Source of the DNA: Phycisphaerae bacterium
GTDB lineage: Bacteria; Planctomycetota; Phycisphaerae; UBA1845
Assembly (NCBI GenBank): GCA_963666835.2
Contig: CAXXGO010000001.1
Coordinates: 32,001 to 96,000, forward strand
Direction: 5' to 3'
DNA: 64,000 nucleotides
Shown: positions 21,201-30,394 of the stretch, in pieces
How positions within the stretch are numbered: the stretch's first letter is position 1
Layout of the letters: each line of letters opens with the position of its first letter
Translations under genes and position numbers: made by a program
The notes under the pieces: generated by a model
Seen by the model: the letters and a program-made list of their open reading frames with translations, nothing else
Told to the model about the DNA's origin: nothing
Databases searched by the model: none

Positions 21201-24200
21201 CGAACTCGAATACGCCGCGGTGGACGAAGTGGTCGAGTATCTGTCGAGCCGTTTCGGGGATTCCACCGGCTCCAGCACCGGCAAGAAGAACTCCAAAGGA
21301 CGCGGAAGTACGACGACCGCGACAACTGCTACGGGCGGGCTGCTGAATACGGCCAGCTTCGTAGCTTTTCCCACGCTCAATCTGATTTCGGCACAAGCGG
21401 TAGAAGAGCAGATTGCGGAGATTGATGAGCTGATCGCTCAGCTCGATGTGCCCAACGCGGGCGAGGTGTTCCAGTCGGTCGCTCTAACGTATGCCGATGC
21501 CGCCTTGGTGGCCGACACGCTTACGGCGATGTTTGGCAGCACGGGCTCCGCGGGCGGGGGGCGTAAGACCGGCGGAAGGAACCGCAGCGCAAACACCGCG
21601 ACAGCCGCTGCCGGGCCGACCTTCATCGGAGAAGAGGGCACCAAGATTGTTTTCTTCGCCGCGCCGGAGCGCATGCACGAGCGGATTCACGAGGTCATCC
21701 GGGAACTCGAGGAGCAATCCAAAGGCAGCAAGACGGTCCGCACCATCATACTGGCTCACGCCAAGCCCAGCGTGGTCGCCGAGGCTATCCAAGAGGCCTA
21801 CGGCGGAACCAGCGGCGGGCGAGGTGGCCGGGGCGGCAGGGGCCACCAGGCGACCACGACGGGTTTTACGGTAACGCCGTCGGACGATTCGAAGCGGATC
21901 TTCGTCATGGCCGACGACACGACCTTCGGCGAGATCAAGTCGCTGGCCGAGATGCTCGACGTGCCGCCGGAGATCGGGTTCGACTTCCGAATCTACAAAC
22001 TTGAGTACGCCAGCGCCAGAATAGTCTACGAGACCCTGAACAAGCTGGTTACGGATTTCGTGCGGGCTAAAGGGCGCGAAGGCGGGCAGATCGAAGCTTT
22101 TGCCGTCGAGGTCGACGACAAGGCCAACGCTCTGGTCGTGCTGGGTGGGCAGGTGGTCTTCGACTTCGTCGAGAATGCTTTGGTCAACATCGACACCCCG
22201 GCGAACGCGGCGAGCCCGCCGGGCTTCTTGATGGTGCCGCTGAAGACCGCGGACGCTACCGAGGTCGCCCAGAGCATCACCCGGCTCTGGAACCAGAAGA
22301 CCATGCCGCCGGGAGAGCTTCCTCCACAGGCGGAGGCGAACCGGCTCTTGAACGTTCTGATTGTCCGGGGTACGCAAGATCAGATTGACGAGATTCGACG
22401 CGATATCATCGACCCGCTGGATAGCTACACGCCTCCGGCGCTGCTCGCCGAGACGATTACGCTTAAGTATGCCCAAGCCGAAGAGGTGGCGGACGCGATC
22501 AGCCGGGTCTTCGAAGATACGCGCGAGGCGTACCGAACCATGGCCGGCGGCGGTGGCAAGCAGCCCCCGGCGCTGGAAATGACCGTAGCGATTACGCCCG
22601 ACGCCGCCACGAACCAGGTCATCGTGCAGGCGAGCGAAACGAACATGGGCAAGATCAAGGCCCGCATCGCCGAGCTGGATCGCGAGGACATCGCCAGCCG
22701 GTCGGCGACCTCGACCAAGGTTTACACTCTCGATACCGCCGATCCGAACGCCGTGGTGAACATGATCCGGGAGTGGACCCGCACCCAGCAGCAGCGGGCC
22801 GGGCGCAACCAGACCCCGACAGCGCGGGACACCATCGTGGCAGTGGCCGAACCGACCACGCAGTCCGTGGTGGTGACCGCCAGTGAGATGAACCACCGGC
22901 TGATTCAGGACGTCATCGACGGATTGGACAACGAAACCGTCGCAGCGCGGGAGCGCCAGCGCCATGTCATGCCGTTGCGGTTTGCCGCGGCCGGCGAGGT
23001 CGCCAACCAGTTGACCCAAGTGTTCAGGAACGTGACCCGGCGACGCGGAGATACGGGCCCGGCATTCGTGGCCGACACTATCGGCAATACCGTCGTTGTG
23101 AGTGTCAACGCCGAGGAGTATGCCGAGGTTGAACAGCTCGTCACCGCGCTCGACCAGGAGCCGGGGATTGATACCCAGCGCATTACGAAGGTCTACCCGC
23201 TGATCTATGCCGATCCGGCAAGCGTCAACACGGTTGTGGTGAATATGTTCCGCTCCACGGGGCGGGCGCAGACCGGCCCGCTGGACCAGGTCGCCTCTTC
23301 ACCCGAAACGGCGACGCGGGCGGTGGTGGTAACCGCTTCGACCAAGAACCAGGAAGTGGTGGCCGCGATGATCGAGGCGTTGGACAAGGAGTCCACGTTC
23401 ACCAAGGTCATGCACACGTACCAGCTTCAGAAGGCTAATGCCGAGGAAGTTGCTACTGCCTTGCAGGAAGTCTATCGCGCGCGGCGCTCGAACATCCGGG
23501 GCGATACTCCGGTGCAGATCACGCCCGAGGCGGCCACGAACTCGCTGCTGATTCTGGCGAACCAGACCGAAATGGACGAGCTGTCCGGGTTGATCAAATC
23601 GCTGGATGTCGAGCCGATGGCCGAGCGCCAGCGACAGGTTCGCAGCTTCCCTCTCGCCGACGCCGACCCATGGAGCGTGCAGGAAGCAATCAACAAGCTG
23701 TTCCGCGGAAGCGGGAGAAACGAGCGCGATCAGGTCACCGCGGTAGCCGAATGGGGTTCGCAGTCGGTGATCGTATCGGCCTCGCCCGAGAACATGGTCC
23801 GCATCGAAGAGCTGGTGGCCCAGTTCGATGTTGAAGGAGCGGCCGAGCAGGCCGTCCACGTGATCGCCCTGGAGAGCACCGATGCCGAGTCGGTGTCGCA
23901 GACCCTCAACGAGATTTTCGTGAAGTCGGCCCCGCGGCAGCAGGGCAATCAAGAGGTGCCGATCTCGATCGCGGCGCTGCGCGGCTCGAAGGCGGTCGTG
24001 GTTAAGTGCAAAGATGATGACTTCGCCCGAATCCAGGCCGCTGTGGCCGAGTTGGATCGCGAAGACGCGGTCATTGGCGAAGAGGTCCGCGTAGTGACCT
24101 TGCTGTACAGCAACGCGGAGGAAGTCAAGACGGCCGTGCAGGAGTATCTGCGCAAGCCCGGTGGCAGCGCGGGACGCGGCACCGCCGAGTTGGCCGGGGA

Positions 24201-24963
24201 TGTCCGGCTGGCCGTACTGGACCAGACCAACGCTGTGGTCGTCAGCGGGGATCTGACCCGGGTCGAGCACATCGAGAAGCTGATCACCGAGATGGACATC
24301 GCGGGCGAGAAGGGCTCGATTCCGCAGATCATTGTTCTGCAATACCTGAACGTCGGGCGGGTTCTGCCCAGCCTCGAAGAGATGTTCGAGGAACGTCGGG
24401 GCGGCGGACGCTCGGGGCAGCAGCCGCCGGTGATTGTGGCGAACGAGAACCTCAATGCCCTGGTTGTCCGCGGCAGTCCTACGGATGTGCGAGCGATTGA
24501 GGCGATTGTCGCGAAGCTCGATACGGAAGAGGCCGGGGACAAGCCCAACTACCGCGTGATCCGGGTCGCTACCGGGATCAATGTCGAGGACTTAGCCGAG
24601 AAGATCGAAACGACAATCAACGAAGGCGTGGCCGCCCAGCAAGGTTCCTCCGGCGGGCGCAGCGGAAGGCAGATGGCCGGAATCACGGTGACTTCGGATC
24701 GACGGACTAACTCGTTGATGGTGGCCGGGACGCCGACGCTCTTCGACGAAGCAGAGCAACTGGCTCGGGCGATGGAAGAAATGGGCCCCGCGGGCGGTTC
24801 GCAAATGCGGATCATCAAACTGCGCGGCACGCCTTCGGACGAGGTGATCCGATTGATCGAGCAGTTGAAGGGCGAGGAGAGCGGAAGCAGCAAGAAGTCC
24901 GGATCGTCGCGTCGGCGGAGTAGTAGCGGCGGTTCGCGAAGTGGCGGCAGCCGGGGGCGCTAA
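15256..24963 (+). CDS. Giant (~3,235 aa) secretin N-domain repeat protein with no secretin beta-barrel domain
   Basis: GGAG RBS, signal peptide, disordered leader, N0-like domain, then about 30 by-eye repeats of (v.l.yAda.ev...)(pD.rtN.liV.a...i..li..lD); no QVxIEAxIxE secretin motif. Confidence 0.85.
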   Translation: MNARPNDSIQQTLRRLGVGLAVVVFGLSAAVGYAQSPPPSGNEKTNKKAPGAKETPGDKTPSSKRASSPRRAPKAKEDAGDKKPSRRTKPPSDKKTSDSDEKAADGSKSAEEEDSKSSRPAQRTHRRPAGEEKEDTKESDPKEPSPTGPKKVEEKPEIDADLRRQVDALIDSPPEDAEDSEKPEPRSRGSKRVSPSEVGLVKPGMGTTTTGPRPGTEGPEPKGPTTTLDIPAREASVPAEERTYWFSIKDGSYEQLVEGIARETGLGVMGESPKDGKVTFVTEEELTFDQLIKRVQMVLFNYKPHDPYWLLREDTHLEVIRITDYYRRLPRERMYPSIEEYRAANLPKDELALVLYTPQAGSIADLTVIRDFMPDYVRVTPLEERNTVSIFALSRDIEKYMDLIPIFVGDNDDPRTLELIDVEHILASEALEKLRTLMDLEASGAARPAPRPKARGASPLTGAEAPEVSVVPDDARGVIIVRAMPDKIREIKQLLPYLDVDTTRSYDPVVIKVVHTEPTELVATIQQLLSAAEPAAQPGTPTSKTTTRRRDRKSKGSRRGSSGASSVVLDEITLMPHPSARAIIVMASQDDVVRVRHFVEMFDVEDGVHNHSIALEYIDAEEVVATITELMAAGTAGTDTFTLVPDPKGRNMWFSGSEHLLAQIEEIVAAVDTADDVVTLHIHHLVNRTPSFVVGILEQMENTGATATGGKANRPTRRRGSRKAPKATPQATPGSKFTADDEQGQLFVLCTEQEWEEYLVIIEQLESETISEVPVLITVENLTPDEAINKLGTLLSDQQLAKMRFETTEAEIIVMGASELDLASIRSLLAELDRPLDIVQRTFEILYADPAELVSALNTLVSDEAGGNSAAKPGPPRKGARATRPVASRASSSELTIVELGKFLIVRTTPEKMERVAEFITEFDIEEDKRTIRVYDDFPIGTDLEDLTDTLTSLMPGDAPETAKPKGRASRATTTGAGGLRIVPRPALGKLIVIATPEEFVEVEKLLDVLRSEDQLGPTEMDFVNVEYADPAEVVEAIEPLLDLRIEQMIRTGELSAAYGGGGEATPKISRHRGKNVPAPAAAASGGGDYHLAADERMSRIVVFGPGPIVAAVRDLVRQFDVPGDTPDAVDIAFVPVEHGDPEELVEMVEPFLSMRVDELVAAGSLSAGTVEDPSATTPKRGVKGPKRGTTPRSKSGDDKRYHLAPDERNNRIVVAAPQIVIEEATRLIGEFDRPDAETDITFVTVELQNADPDEMVKAIKEMLGSGGRAGTRRAKGAKAAATAGSTDTDKLTVAAAPGGSALILRGPTEDVETATEWIEHLDNMSASGREIKTYEIRRADLRRLVDLVMYDVDSGGSKPAGKKRAAPRGKSRGVAEAPVEDEFETTITRSGADLYIQADLIARTMVVSAPPIKLARIDEIVAQMDTEEESGITGKEVPKFFYELKHVDAIDALFDLEAVLDVMWEPSTDLPKVDYAPFGETLIIKYPDERRFPEIEALIVKYVDKVPPEDLVLDREAFTPPTGMSPRDTYLWLKMNYPDYEFELIDISTIKESDYPITEVQPATRQAQANPCVLPLAFKQMADAALAIATGQTEPDQPQDDPQEDPPSDREEAEDEPAPEDDDGGYEDSDDYEESYEEPVGGEAGAPEGARPAGMTEAEERSRIRALLDEKEKRRTAKPTGEKIKVFIDESSGGVFLEGKAGILKDADEWMDKLKKEIETLPTMPDIRVFQVKHIDVYAAQEVLNEMFNATQSQRQAVTAAQRRAQQQQQAAQRRAQQQRTAKGQEEEQDKDGRQSRRGQQTQQQQVPQLPAESVRIFPNPRDRTLIVRAESTQFAVIKKLLATIDRPQPIESIHRVFQLKKLNATEVEELLRDWLGLDEQQTSQRRTSSSSNRARNARSGAAQTRQTRSTGAAGRLPKTLMQHSPTAGELGVDPRDIKISSNPETNTVLAMAPKVAIEYIADLIEDLESQEIEERIWKTYELEYAAVDEVVEYLSSRFGDSTGSSTGKKNSKGRGSTTTATTATGGLLNTASFVAFPTLNLISAQAVEEQIAEIDELIAQLDVPNAGEVFQSVALTYADAALVADTLTAMFGSTGSAGGGRKTGGRNRSANTATAAAGPTFIGEEGTKIVFFAAPERMHERIHEVIRELEEQSKGSKTVRTIILAHAKPSVVAEAIQEAYGGTSGGRGGRGGRGHQATTTGFTVTPSDDSKRIFVMADDTTFGEIKSLAEMLDVPPEIGFDFRIYKLEYASARIVYETLNKLVTDFVRAKGREGGQIEAFAVEVDDKANALVVLGGQVVFDFVENALVNIDTPANAASPPGFLMVPLKTADATEVAQSITRLWNQKTMPPGELPPQAEANRLLNVLIVRGTQDQIDEIRRDIIDPLDSYTPPALLAETITLKYAQAEEVADAISRVFEDTREAYRTMAGGGGKQPPALEMTVAITPDAATNQVIVQASETNMGKIKARIAELDREDIASRSATSTKVYTLDTADPNAVVNMIREWTRTQQQRAGRNQTPTARDTIVAVAEPTTQSVVVTASEMNHRLIQDVIDGLDNETVAARERQRHVMPLRFAAAGEVANQLTQVFRNVTRRRGDTGPAFVADTIGNTVVVSVNAEEYAEVEQLVTALDQEPGIDTQRITKVYPLIYADPASVNTVVVNMFRSTGRAQTGPLDQVASSPETATRAVVVTASTKNQEVVAAMIEALDKESTFTKVMHTYQLQKANAEEVATALQEVYRARRSNIRGDTPVQITPEAATNSLLILANQTEMDELSGLIKSLDVEPMAERQRQVRSFPLADADPWSVQEAINKLFRGSGRNERDQVTAVAEWGSQSVIVSASPENMVRIEELVAQFDVEGAAEQAVHVIALESTDAESVSQTLNEIFVKSAPRQQGNQEVPISIAALRGSKAVVVKCKDDDFARIQAAVAELDREDAVIGEEVRVVTLLYSNAEEVKTAVQEYLRKPGGSAGRGTAELAGDVRLAVLDQTNAVVVSGDLTRVEHIEKLITEMDIAGEKGSIPQIIVLQYLNVGRVLPSLEEMFEERRGGGRSGQQPPVIVANENLNALVVRGSPTDVRAIEAIVAKLDTEEAGDKPNYRVIRVATGINVEDLAEKIETTINEGVAAQQGSSGGRSGRQMAGITVTSDRRTNSLMVAGTPTLFDEAEQLARAMEEMGPAGGSQMRIIKLRGTPSDEVIRLIEQLKGEESGSSKKSGSSRRRSSSGGSRSGGSRGR

Positions 24964-25172
24964 CCCGGTTTCGCAGAGTGAGGTAAGGCATGTTGGATGG
25001 CCGAGTTCTCAGAGTCCGCCGAGCGGCGGGCACCCGCGTCGAGCGGATCCGGCTCATCAGAGCCGCCCGGGAGGCAGAAGCACGGATGGAGCCGACCGGT
25101 CTGCCGGAAAGCCTGATGAGTGGAAGCAAGCGGTCAGGGCGAGGATGCCGGACCGTAGAGAGGTTATAGATC

Positions 25173-28100
25173 ATGCGCGCGAGCAATAAGGTGTTGACTA
25201 TGCGGGCACACGTTTCAAGGCCGTCGGTCTGGTGGAGTGTTGTCGTTCTGGCGGTGGGTCTCATCGCCGCCCCTCCGGTCGTTAGAGCTGAGAACGGGAC
25301 CAACCCACCGAAGAAGCCGGCCGCCCCTGCGGCGGAGTCGGACGAACAGCGCGAACCGGATGCCGTCGATATGGGCGAGCTGCCGGCCGTGCAGGGCATC
25401 GACGACGTGACACTGTCCGGGGCGGAGCTGGACTATGAGATGGTCGGAGACCAGATCATCCTCAAGGGCGCCCAGCAGGACCTGGACTTGTTGGAAGCGT
25501 TGATCGGCACGTTGGAAGGTGCCCGAGAGCAGAAGGTCCTGCGGATCGTCACCGTAAAGGCCAAGGATGCCAATGAGATCGCCCGGACGGTGGAGCAGCC
25601 TCTGCGCGACATCTTCTACGAGCCTAACCAGCGCACGGAGGATCAGCTTTCGGTCACGGCCCTGTCGTCGAACATCTTATTGGTCGCGGCACTGCCCGAT
25701 CAGATCGACTTCGTGATAAGCGTGGTGGAGAGCGCCGACGCCGTACCGGACGACATCGGTAAGGTCGAGCAGCTCGTGTTCGCGGTCAAGCACCGCAAGG
25801 CCAGCGACGTGGCGGATCAACTGCGGGAGATGATCACGAAACTGCGTCAAAAGCAGGGTTCCAGCGGCGCCGAGGACGAGTTCCAGATCGTCCCGAACAA
25901 CGCCAACAACACCATTGTCGTTCTGGCTCCCGAGTCGGAGCGTAAGAAGATCCAGACCTTGCTGGACGGGATCGACGTAGAGCCGGTCAGCGGCTGGGGC
26001 GAGGTCAAACTGACGTTCTTCCCGCTGTTGCACTCGAAGTCCAACGAGTTGAGCCAAGTGATCGAGGATCTCCTGGAGTCTCAGCAGGATCGCGAGGCGG
26101 CCGAGGAGACGGTCTATCGCCTGCTCATCAGCAAGGCCATGCCCGACGGGCAACGCATCGAGCTTCCCCCGATCGACCTGCAAAAGCCGACCCGGGTGAT
26201 TCCCGACGAGGGGACGAACAGTCTGATCGTAGCCACGGTGGAAGAGAACGTCGGACCGATGGGCGAGCTGATCCGCTTGCTCGATAACGTGGCGATTGCC
26301 GAGGACGTGGAAGTCAAGCTGTTTCCGCTCCGATTCGCGGATGCCGAGACGGTGCGGGATCTGCTGCAGGATATGTTCGAGAACGCCACTGAGCTGACCG
26401 AGGACCCCGACGGCAGCGGAGAGAACGCCGTGCCGCCCGGAGAGGTTGGTAGGGCTTTAGTCTACAACCTGGGAACGGCCGCGGATACGCGGACGAACAC
26501 GCTGCTGGTGACCGGCCGGCCGGAGCAGGTTCAACTGGCCGAGCGAATCGTCAAGGACCTGGATCGCCCCGTAACGGCGTTGAAGTTCCCGCTCCGGCTC
26601 ATCCATCTGGAACACGTCGACGTGTCGCAGATCAGCCAGCTTATCCGGGATCTGCTCGACCAGCGGTTCGAGGCGCTGGAGGCTACGGGGGGCGGGAAAT
26701 CCGCAACGGAACTCGAGCGCGTGTTCCTCAACGTCGATCTGCGGAGCAATTCGCTGATCGTCGCGGCGTCGGAAGAGAACTACCAGGAGGTGGTTGAGAT
26801 CGCCCGGCGCCTCGATACCCGACCGGACCAGGTGTTCGACCAGATTCGGATAATCGAGTGCCAGCGGCTGGCCGCATTGGACCTGAAAGAGAAGATCGAG
26901 GAACTCTGGCAGCGCAAGTCGAGTTTGCGTCAGGACGCGGAATTGCCGGAAGATTCGCCGATCGTCGTTGCGGACGAGCGGAGTAACTCGCTGGTGGTGG
27001 CGTCGAACCGGGAGGATTTCGAAGAGATCAAGAAGCTGGTCGAGACGCTCGAGAAGCGGCCCTTGATCGACGATACCCGCCTGTTCAACCTCGAGCACAC
27101 CGATGCCATTGTTCTGGCAGAGATGCTCGATGAACTGTTCCAGGGCATGGAAGGCACTACGGAGGCGTTCAAAGCTCCGACCATTATCCCCGACGCACGC
27201 TCCAACGCTCTGGTGGTCGCAGCGACCCGGGACAGTATGGAGCGGGTGGAGGAGATCGTCGCCCGGCTCGACGTCGAAGCCGGGCCCATGACCGCGATCT
27301 TCAAGGTGTATCCGCTCAAGCACGGCTCGGCGAACAAGCTGGCTATGCGCATGCAGGAGCTGTTCGACTCTCGCGCCGAAGGGCAGGAGTTGAACCGCAC
27401 GCCGATCGTCGTCCTGGCGGATGAGTCGTCGAACAGCCTGGTGACCAGCGCTTCGCGCGACGATCACCGGGTGATGGCGGACCTGCTCAGTCTGCTGGAT
27501 CGCCCGTCCAGTATCGCCCGGCAGTTCGAGATCTTCCCGCTGAAGCTGGCCAGGGCTACGTCGGTCAAGGAACGTCTCGATACCCTGTTCGAGGCGCAAG
27601 CGGAAGGGACCGAGGGCAGCGCCGTGGCGATCGCCGCAGAGGCGGACGAGCGTACGAACTCGATCATCGTGTGGGCCTCGCCGGCGGAGATGGAGAACGT
27701 CGGGGAGGTCATCGGGCGGTTGGATAAGGCAAAGCCGGTCCGGGAGATGGCCGTCAGACTTATCCAGCTCAAGCAGGCGCTCGCCGAAGATTTCGCCACG
27801 CTGCTCGAAGAGTCCATCATCGGGGAGAACGCCGGCGAAGACGATGAGCCGGCCGTGATTCTGAAGCAGAAGTACACTGACAAGCACGGCAACCAGGCCG
27901 AACGCACGCTGCTTCGACAGGACATCTCGGTCAAGGCGGACCCGCGGACCAACTCACTGCTGGTTACCGCGCCGGCGGACAGCCTGGCCATGCTCGAGGA
28001 GATGATAAAAGACTTCGACCGGGTGAATCCGATTCGGTCGGAGATTCGCCTCTTCCCGCTGCTCAACAGCGACGCCGAGAGTATGGTCGATCAGCTCACC

Positions 28101-29810
28101 GACATTTTCAGCTCGGAGGGCGGCGAGGATGGGGAGACCAGGACCCAGTTGCTGTTCGGGGCGGGAATGGAGGATCTGGACTTCGCCAGCGTCGGGCAGG
28201 AGCTGCGCCTGGCGGCGGATCAAAGAACCAACACGCTTATCGCCGCCGGTGCGGAGGTCGACCTGCGCATGGTCGAGGACTTGGTGTATGCCCTCGATGC
28301 GCAGGAGGCGGAGGACCGGGTGGTGGAGGTCTACCACGCGAAGTTCCGCGATGGTCAGGATCTTTCCAACGCCATCCAGGGGTTCGTTCAGCAAGAGCAG
28401 GACGTGCTGGGCGAGCTAGACGACGAAGAGGCCCGGATGCGCCGCATGGAGCGGCAGGTTTCGGTCGAGAGTCTCGGCAACGAGGAGGACGGCAGCAGCA
28501 GCCTTATTGTCGGAATGAGCCGCCGCGAGCACCAACGCACGATGGAGATGATCGCCCAGCTCGATAGGCCGGAACCGCAGGTTATGATTCGCGTGTTGAT
28601 CGCCGAAGTGACTTTGAACGACAGTGCCGAGCTGGGAGTCGAGATCGCAGGGCAGGATTTGAACTTCTCCGACAGCGCCGTGCTCGGTCCCAACGGGATC
28701 GTGCAAGGACCGGACTTCGATTGGGTTGCGGGTACGGACTTGGGCTCGGCCGGGCTCGGTTTGGGTGGCTTCAACTTCACCCTGACCGGCGAGGACTTCA
28801 GTTTTCTGTTCCACGCTCTGCAGCAGAACAACCGGACGGAGATTCTGTCGCGGCCGCTGCTCGTCGTCCGCAACGGTGAGGAGGGTATGATCAAGGTCGC
28901 CGACGAAGTGCCGATTGTGGAATCCTCGCGATTGAGTGACACGGGGCAGACTCAGTCGACGATCGGGCGGGAAGACGTTGGTATCGTCCTGACGGCCACC
29001 CCGCACATCAGTCCGGACGGCTACGTTTCGATCCAGATCAAGCAGGAGATTTCGAACATTGCCGGTGAAGATGTGCAACTTACCGAGGGTGTAAGTTCGC
29101 CGATCTTCCAGTCGCGCGAGGTCGAGACCGACGTGACGGTCCGAGATGGTGAAACGGTGATCATTGGTGGGTTGATTCAGCACCGCAAGTCGGATGGGGA
29201 GAACAAGATCCCGATTCTCGGTGATCTGCCGCTGTTGGGCCCTCTGTTCCGTTCGACCAGTACGTCAGACGACCGGTCGGAGTTGATGGTCGTCCTGACG
29301 GTCGACATTCTGCGGACCGATGAGGATATGCACCGGATCTCCACCGAGCAGCGCGAAATGTACGATTTCAGTCCGTGGATGAGCCAGAGCCGGCTTATGG
29401 AAGGACTCCGGATCCTCCCGGAAGACACGAAGCTCGGCCCGACCGAGGATTCCCCGTCGAAAACCGAGCCGCGCTTACGCACTCGGCCGGATGAACGCCA
29501 ACTTTACGGTCCGAAGCCGCGGGTCTACGGCCCGACCATCAAGAGTCCGGCCGCCAAGACGAGTACGGCGAACGGTCCGGTCTACGGACCTGCGGTCAAA
29601 CGTTCGACGCGCGGTCCGGATGCGACTCCGCGGTCGGACTCACCGGCGCCCGTCAAGCAACCTCTGGCGTTGGCGGATACGGCGCTGGTGCCGGTTTTCG
29701 GTCCGGCTTGTCTGCAACCTCCGGAATCTAACGCGGAAGTCGAGCCGGTCTACGGTTCGACCCTGCGAAGCAGAACGGTAAAGCCCGTAATGGACGCTCC
29801 GCTGGAGTAA
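25173..29810 (+). CDS. gspD: Secretin GspD with about 12 N-domain repeats
   Basis: Signal peptide; repeated aDeRtNslvV N-domains; LDRPEPQVMIRVLIAEV, ILSRP, DVGIVLTATPHI, VRDGETVIIGGL, KIPILGDLPLLGPLFRS secretin motifs. Confidence 0.93.
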   Translation: MRASNKVLTMRAHVSRPSVWWSVVVLAVGLIAAPPVVRAENGTNPPKKPAAPAAESDEQREPDAVDMGELPAVQGIDDVTLSGAELDYEMVGDQIILKGAQQDLDLLEALIGTLEGAREQKVLRIVTVKAKDANEIARTVEQPLRDIFYEPNQRTEDQLSVTALSSNILLVAALPDQIDFVISVVESADAVPDDIGKVEQLVFAVKHRKASDVADQLREMITKLRQKQGSSGAEDEFQIVPNNANNTIVVLAPESERKKIQTLLDGIDVEPVSGWGEVKLTFFPLLHSKSNELSQVIEDLLESQQDREAAEETVYRLLISKAMPDGQRIELPPIDLQKPTRVIPDEGTNSLIVATVEENVGPMGELIRLLDNVAIAEDVEVKLFPLRFADAETVRDLLQDMFENATELTEDPDGSGENAVPPGEVGRALVYNLGTAADTRTNTLLVTGRPEQVQLAERIVKDLDRPVTALKFPLRLIHLEHVDVSQISQLIRDLLDQRFEALEATGGGKSATELERVFLNVDLRSNSLIVAASEENYQEVVEIARRLDTRPDQVFDQIRIIECQRLAALDLKEKIEELWQRKSSLRQDAELPEDSPIVVADERSNSLVVASNREDFEEIKKLVETLEKRPLIDDTRLFNLEHTDAIVLAEMLDELFQGMEGTTEAFKAPTIIPDARSNALVVAATRDSMERVEEIVARLDVEAGPMTAIFKVYPLKHGSANKLAMRMQELFDSRAEGQELNRTPIVVLADESSNSLVTSASRDDHRVMADLLSLLDRPSSIARQFEIFPLKLARATSVKERLDTLFEAQAEGTEGSAVAIAAEADERTNSIIVWASPAEMENVGEVIGRLDKAKPVREMAVRLIQLKQALAEDFATLLEESIIGENAGEDDEPAVILKQKYTDKHGNQAERTLLRQDISVKADPRTNSLLVTAPADSLAMLEEMIKDFDRVNPIRSEIRLFPLLNSDAESMVDQLTDIFSSEGGEDGETRTQLLFGAGMEDLDFASVGQELRLAADQRTNTLIAAGAEVDLRMVEDLVYALDAQEAEDRVVEVYHAKFRDGQDLSNAIQGFVQQEQDVLGELDDEEARMRRMERQVSVESLGNEEDGSSSLIVGMSRREHQRTMEMIAQLDRPEPQVMIRVLIAEVTLNDSAELGVEIAGQDLNFSDSAVLGPNGIVQGPDFDWVAGTDLGSAGLGLGGFNFTLTGEDFSFLFHALQQNNRTEILSRPLLVVRNGEEGMIKVADEVPIVESSRLSDTGQTQSTIGREDVGIVLTATPHISPDGYVSIQIKQEISNIAGEDVQLTEGVSSPIFQSREVETDVTVRDGETVIIGGLIQHRKSDGENKIPILGDLPLLGPLFRSTSTSDDRSELMVVLTVDILRTDEDMHRISTEQREMYDFSPWMSQSRLMEGLRILPEDTKLGPTEDSPSKTEPRLRTRPDERQLYGPKPRVYGPTIKSPAAKTSTANGPVYGPAVKRSTRGPDATPRSDSPAPVKQPLALADTALVPVFGPACLQPPESNAEVEPVYGSTLRSRTVKPVMDAPLE

Positions 29811-29815
29811 GGACG

Positions 29816-30361
29816 ATGTCGACGGACAGGTTCCGATGTAGGCGTCAGGCCGTTTCCGTACTGACGCTGGCTGCGGTGGTTGTGATAGGAGGGTGTCAGT
29901 CACCGGGTGCCGGGGGCAGGGCGACGGCCGGCCGGAACACACCCGCCCGTGACCTGGTTCGCCGGGTACGGTGCGTTTACGATCAGAACCCCTGGATCAA
30001 TGTGGATCGACTCGGCGACCGCGACCCGGAGGGAGTACGGTTTCGGGTGTTTCTTGACCGTGGAACCGGGACGGGCGTTCTGCACGATGGGACTTTCCAC
30101 GTAGAGATGTATCAAGTTGAACGCAGTCAACAGGGGAAGAAGTCCCGCCGGCTGGTCAGCGATTGGCATTATCCCACCAGCCGAGTGGCGACCATTGCCA
30201 AGCCGGGGATGCTGGGGCGCGGGTATTACCTGCAATTAGTCTGGGCCAGCAAGGACATTGCCGGCAAAAACGTCGAGATGATCGTGTTCTTCGAAGACTC
30301 GCAAGGCAACATCGCCCGCTCGGAGACCAAGTCCTTCCGCGTGCCCAAGTATACTTCGTAA
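29816..30361 (+). CDS. Hypothetical lipoprotein (pilotin candidate)
   Basis: Lipobox VIGG-C; starts 5 nt after gspD; beta-rich globular sequence. Confidence 0.7.
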   Translation: MSTDRFRCRRQAVSVLTLAAVVVIGGCQSPGAGGRATAGRNTPARDLVRRVRCVYDQNPWINVDRLGDRDPEGVRFRVFLDRGTGTGVLHDGTFHVEMYQVERSQQGKKSRRLVSDWHYPTSRVATIAKPGMLGRGYYLQLVWASKDIAGKNVEMIVFFEDSQGNIARSETKSFRVPKYTS

Positions 30362-30394
30362 CGGCGCCGAAACCGGCCTGAGAGGACGCCGGCC

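Noticed and set aside
24990..25169. 59-codon ORF with a GAGG RBS, in frame with gspD and one codon before it (readthrough or fusion of the two secretin genes)
   Set aside because: No recognisable motif, and gspD has its own start and signal peptide; no evidence for recoding
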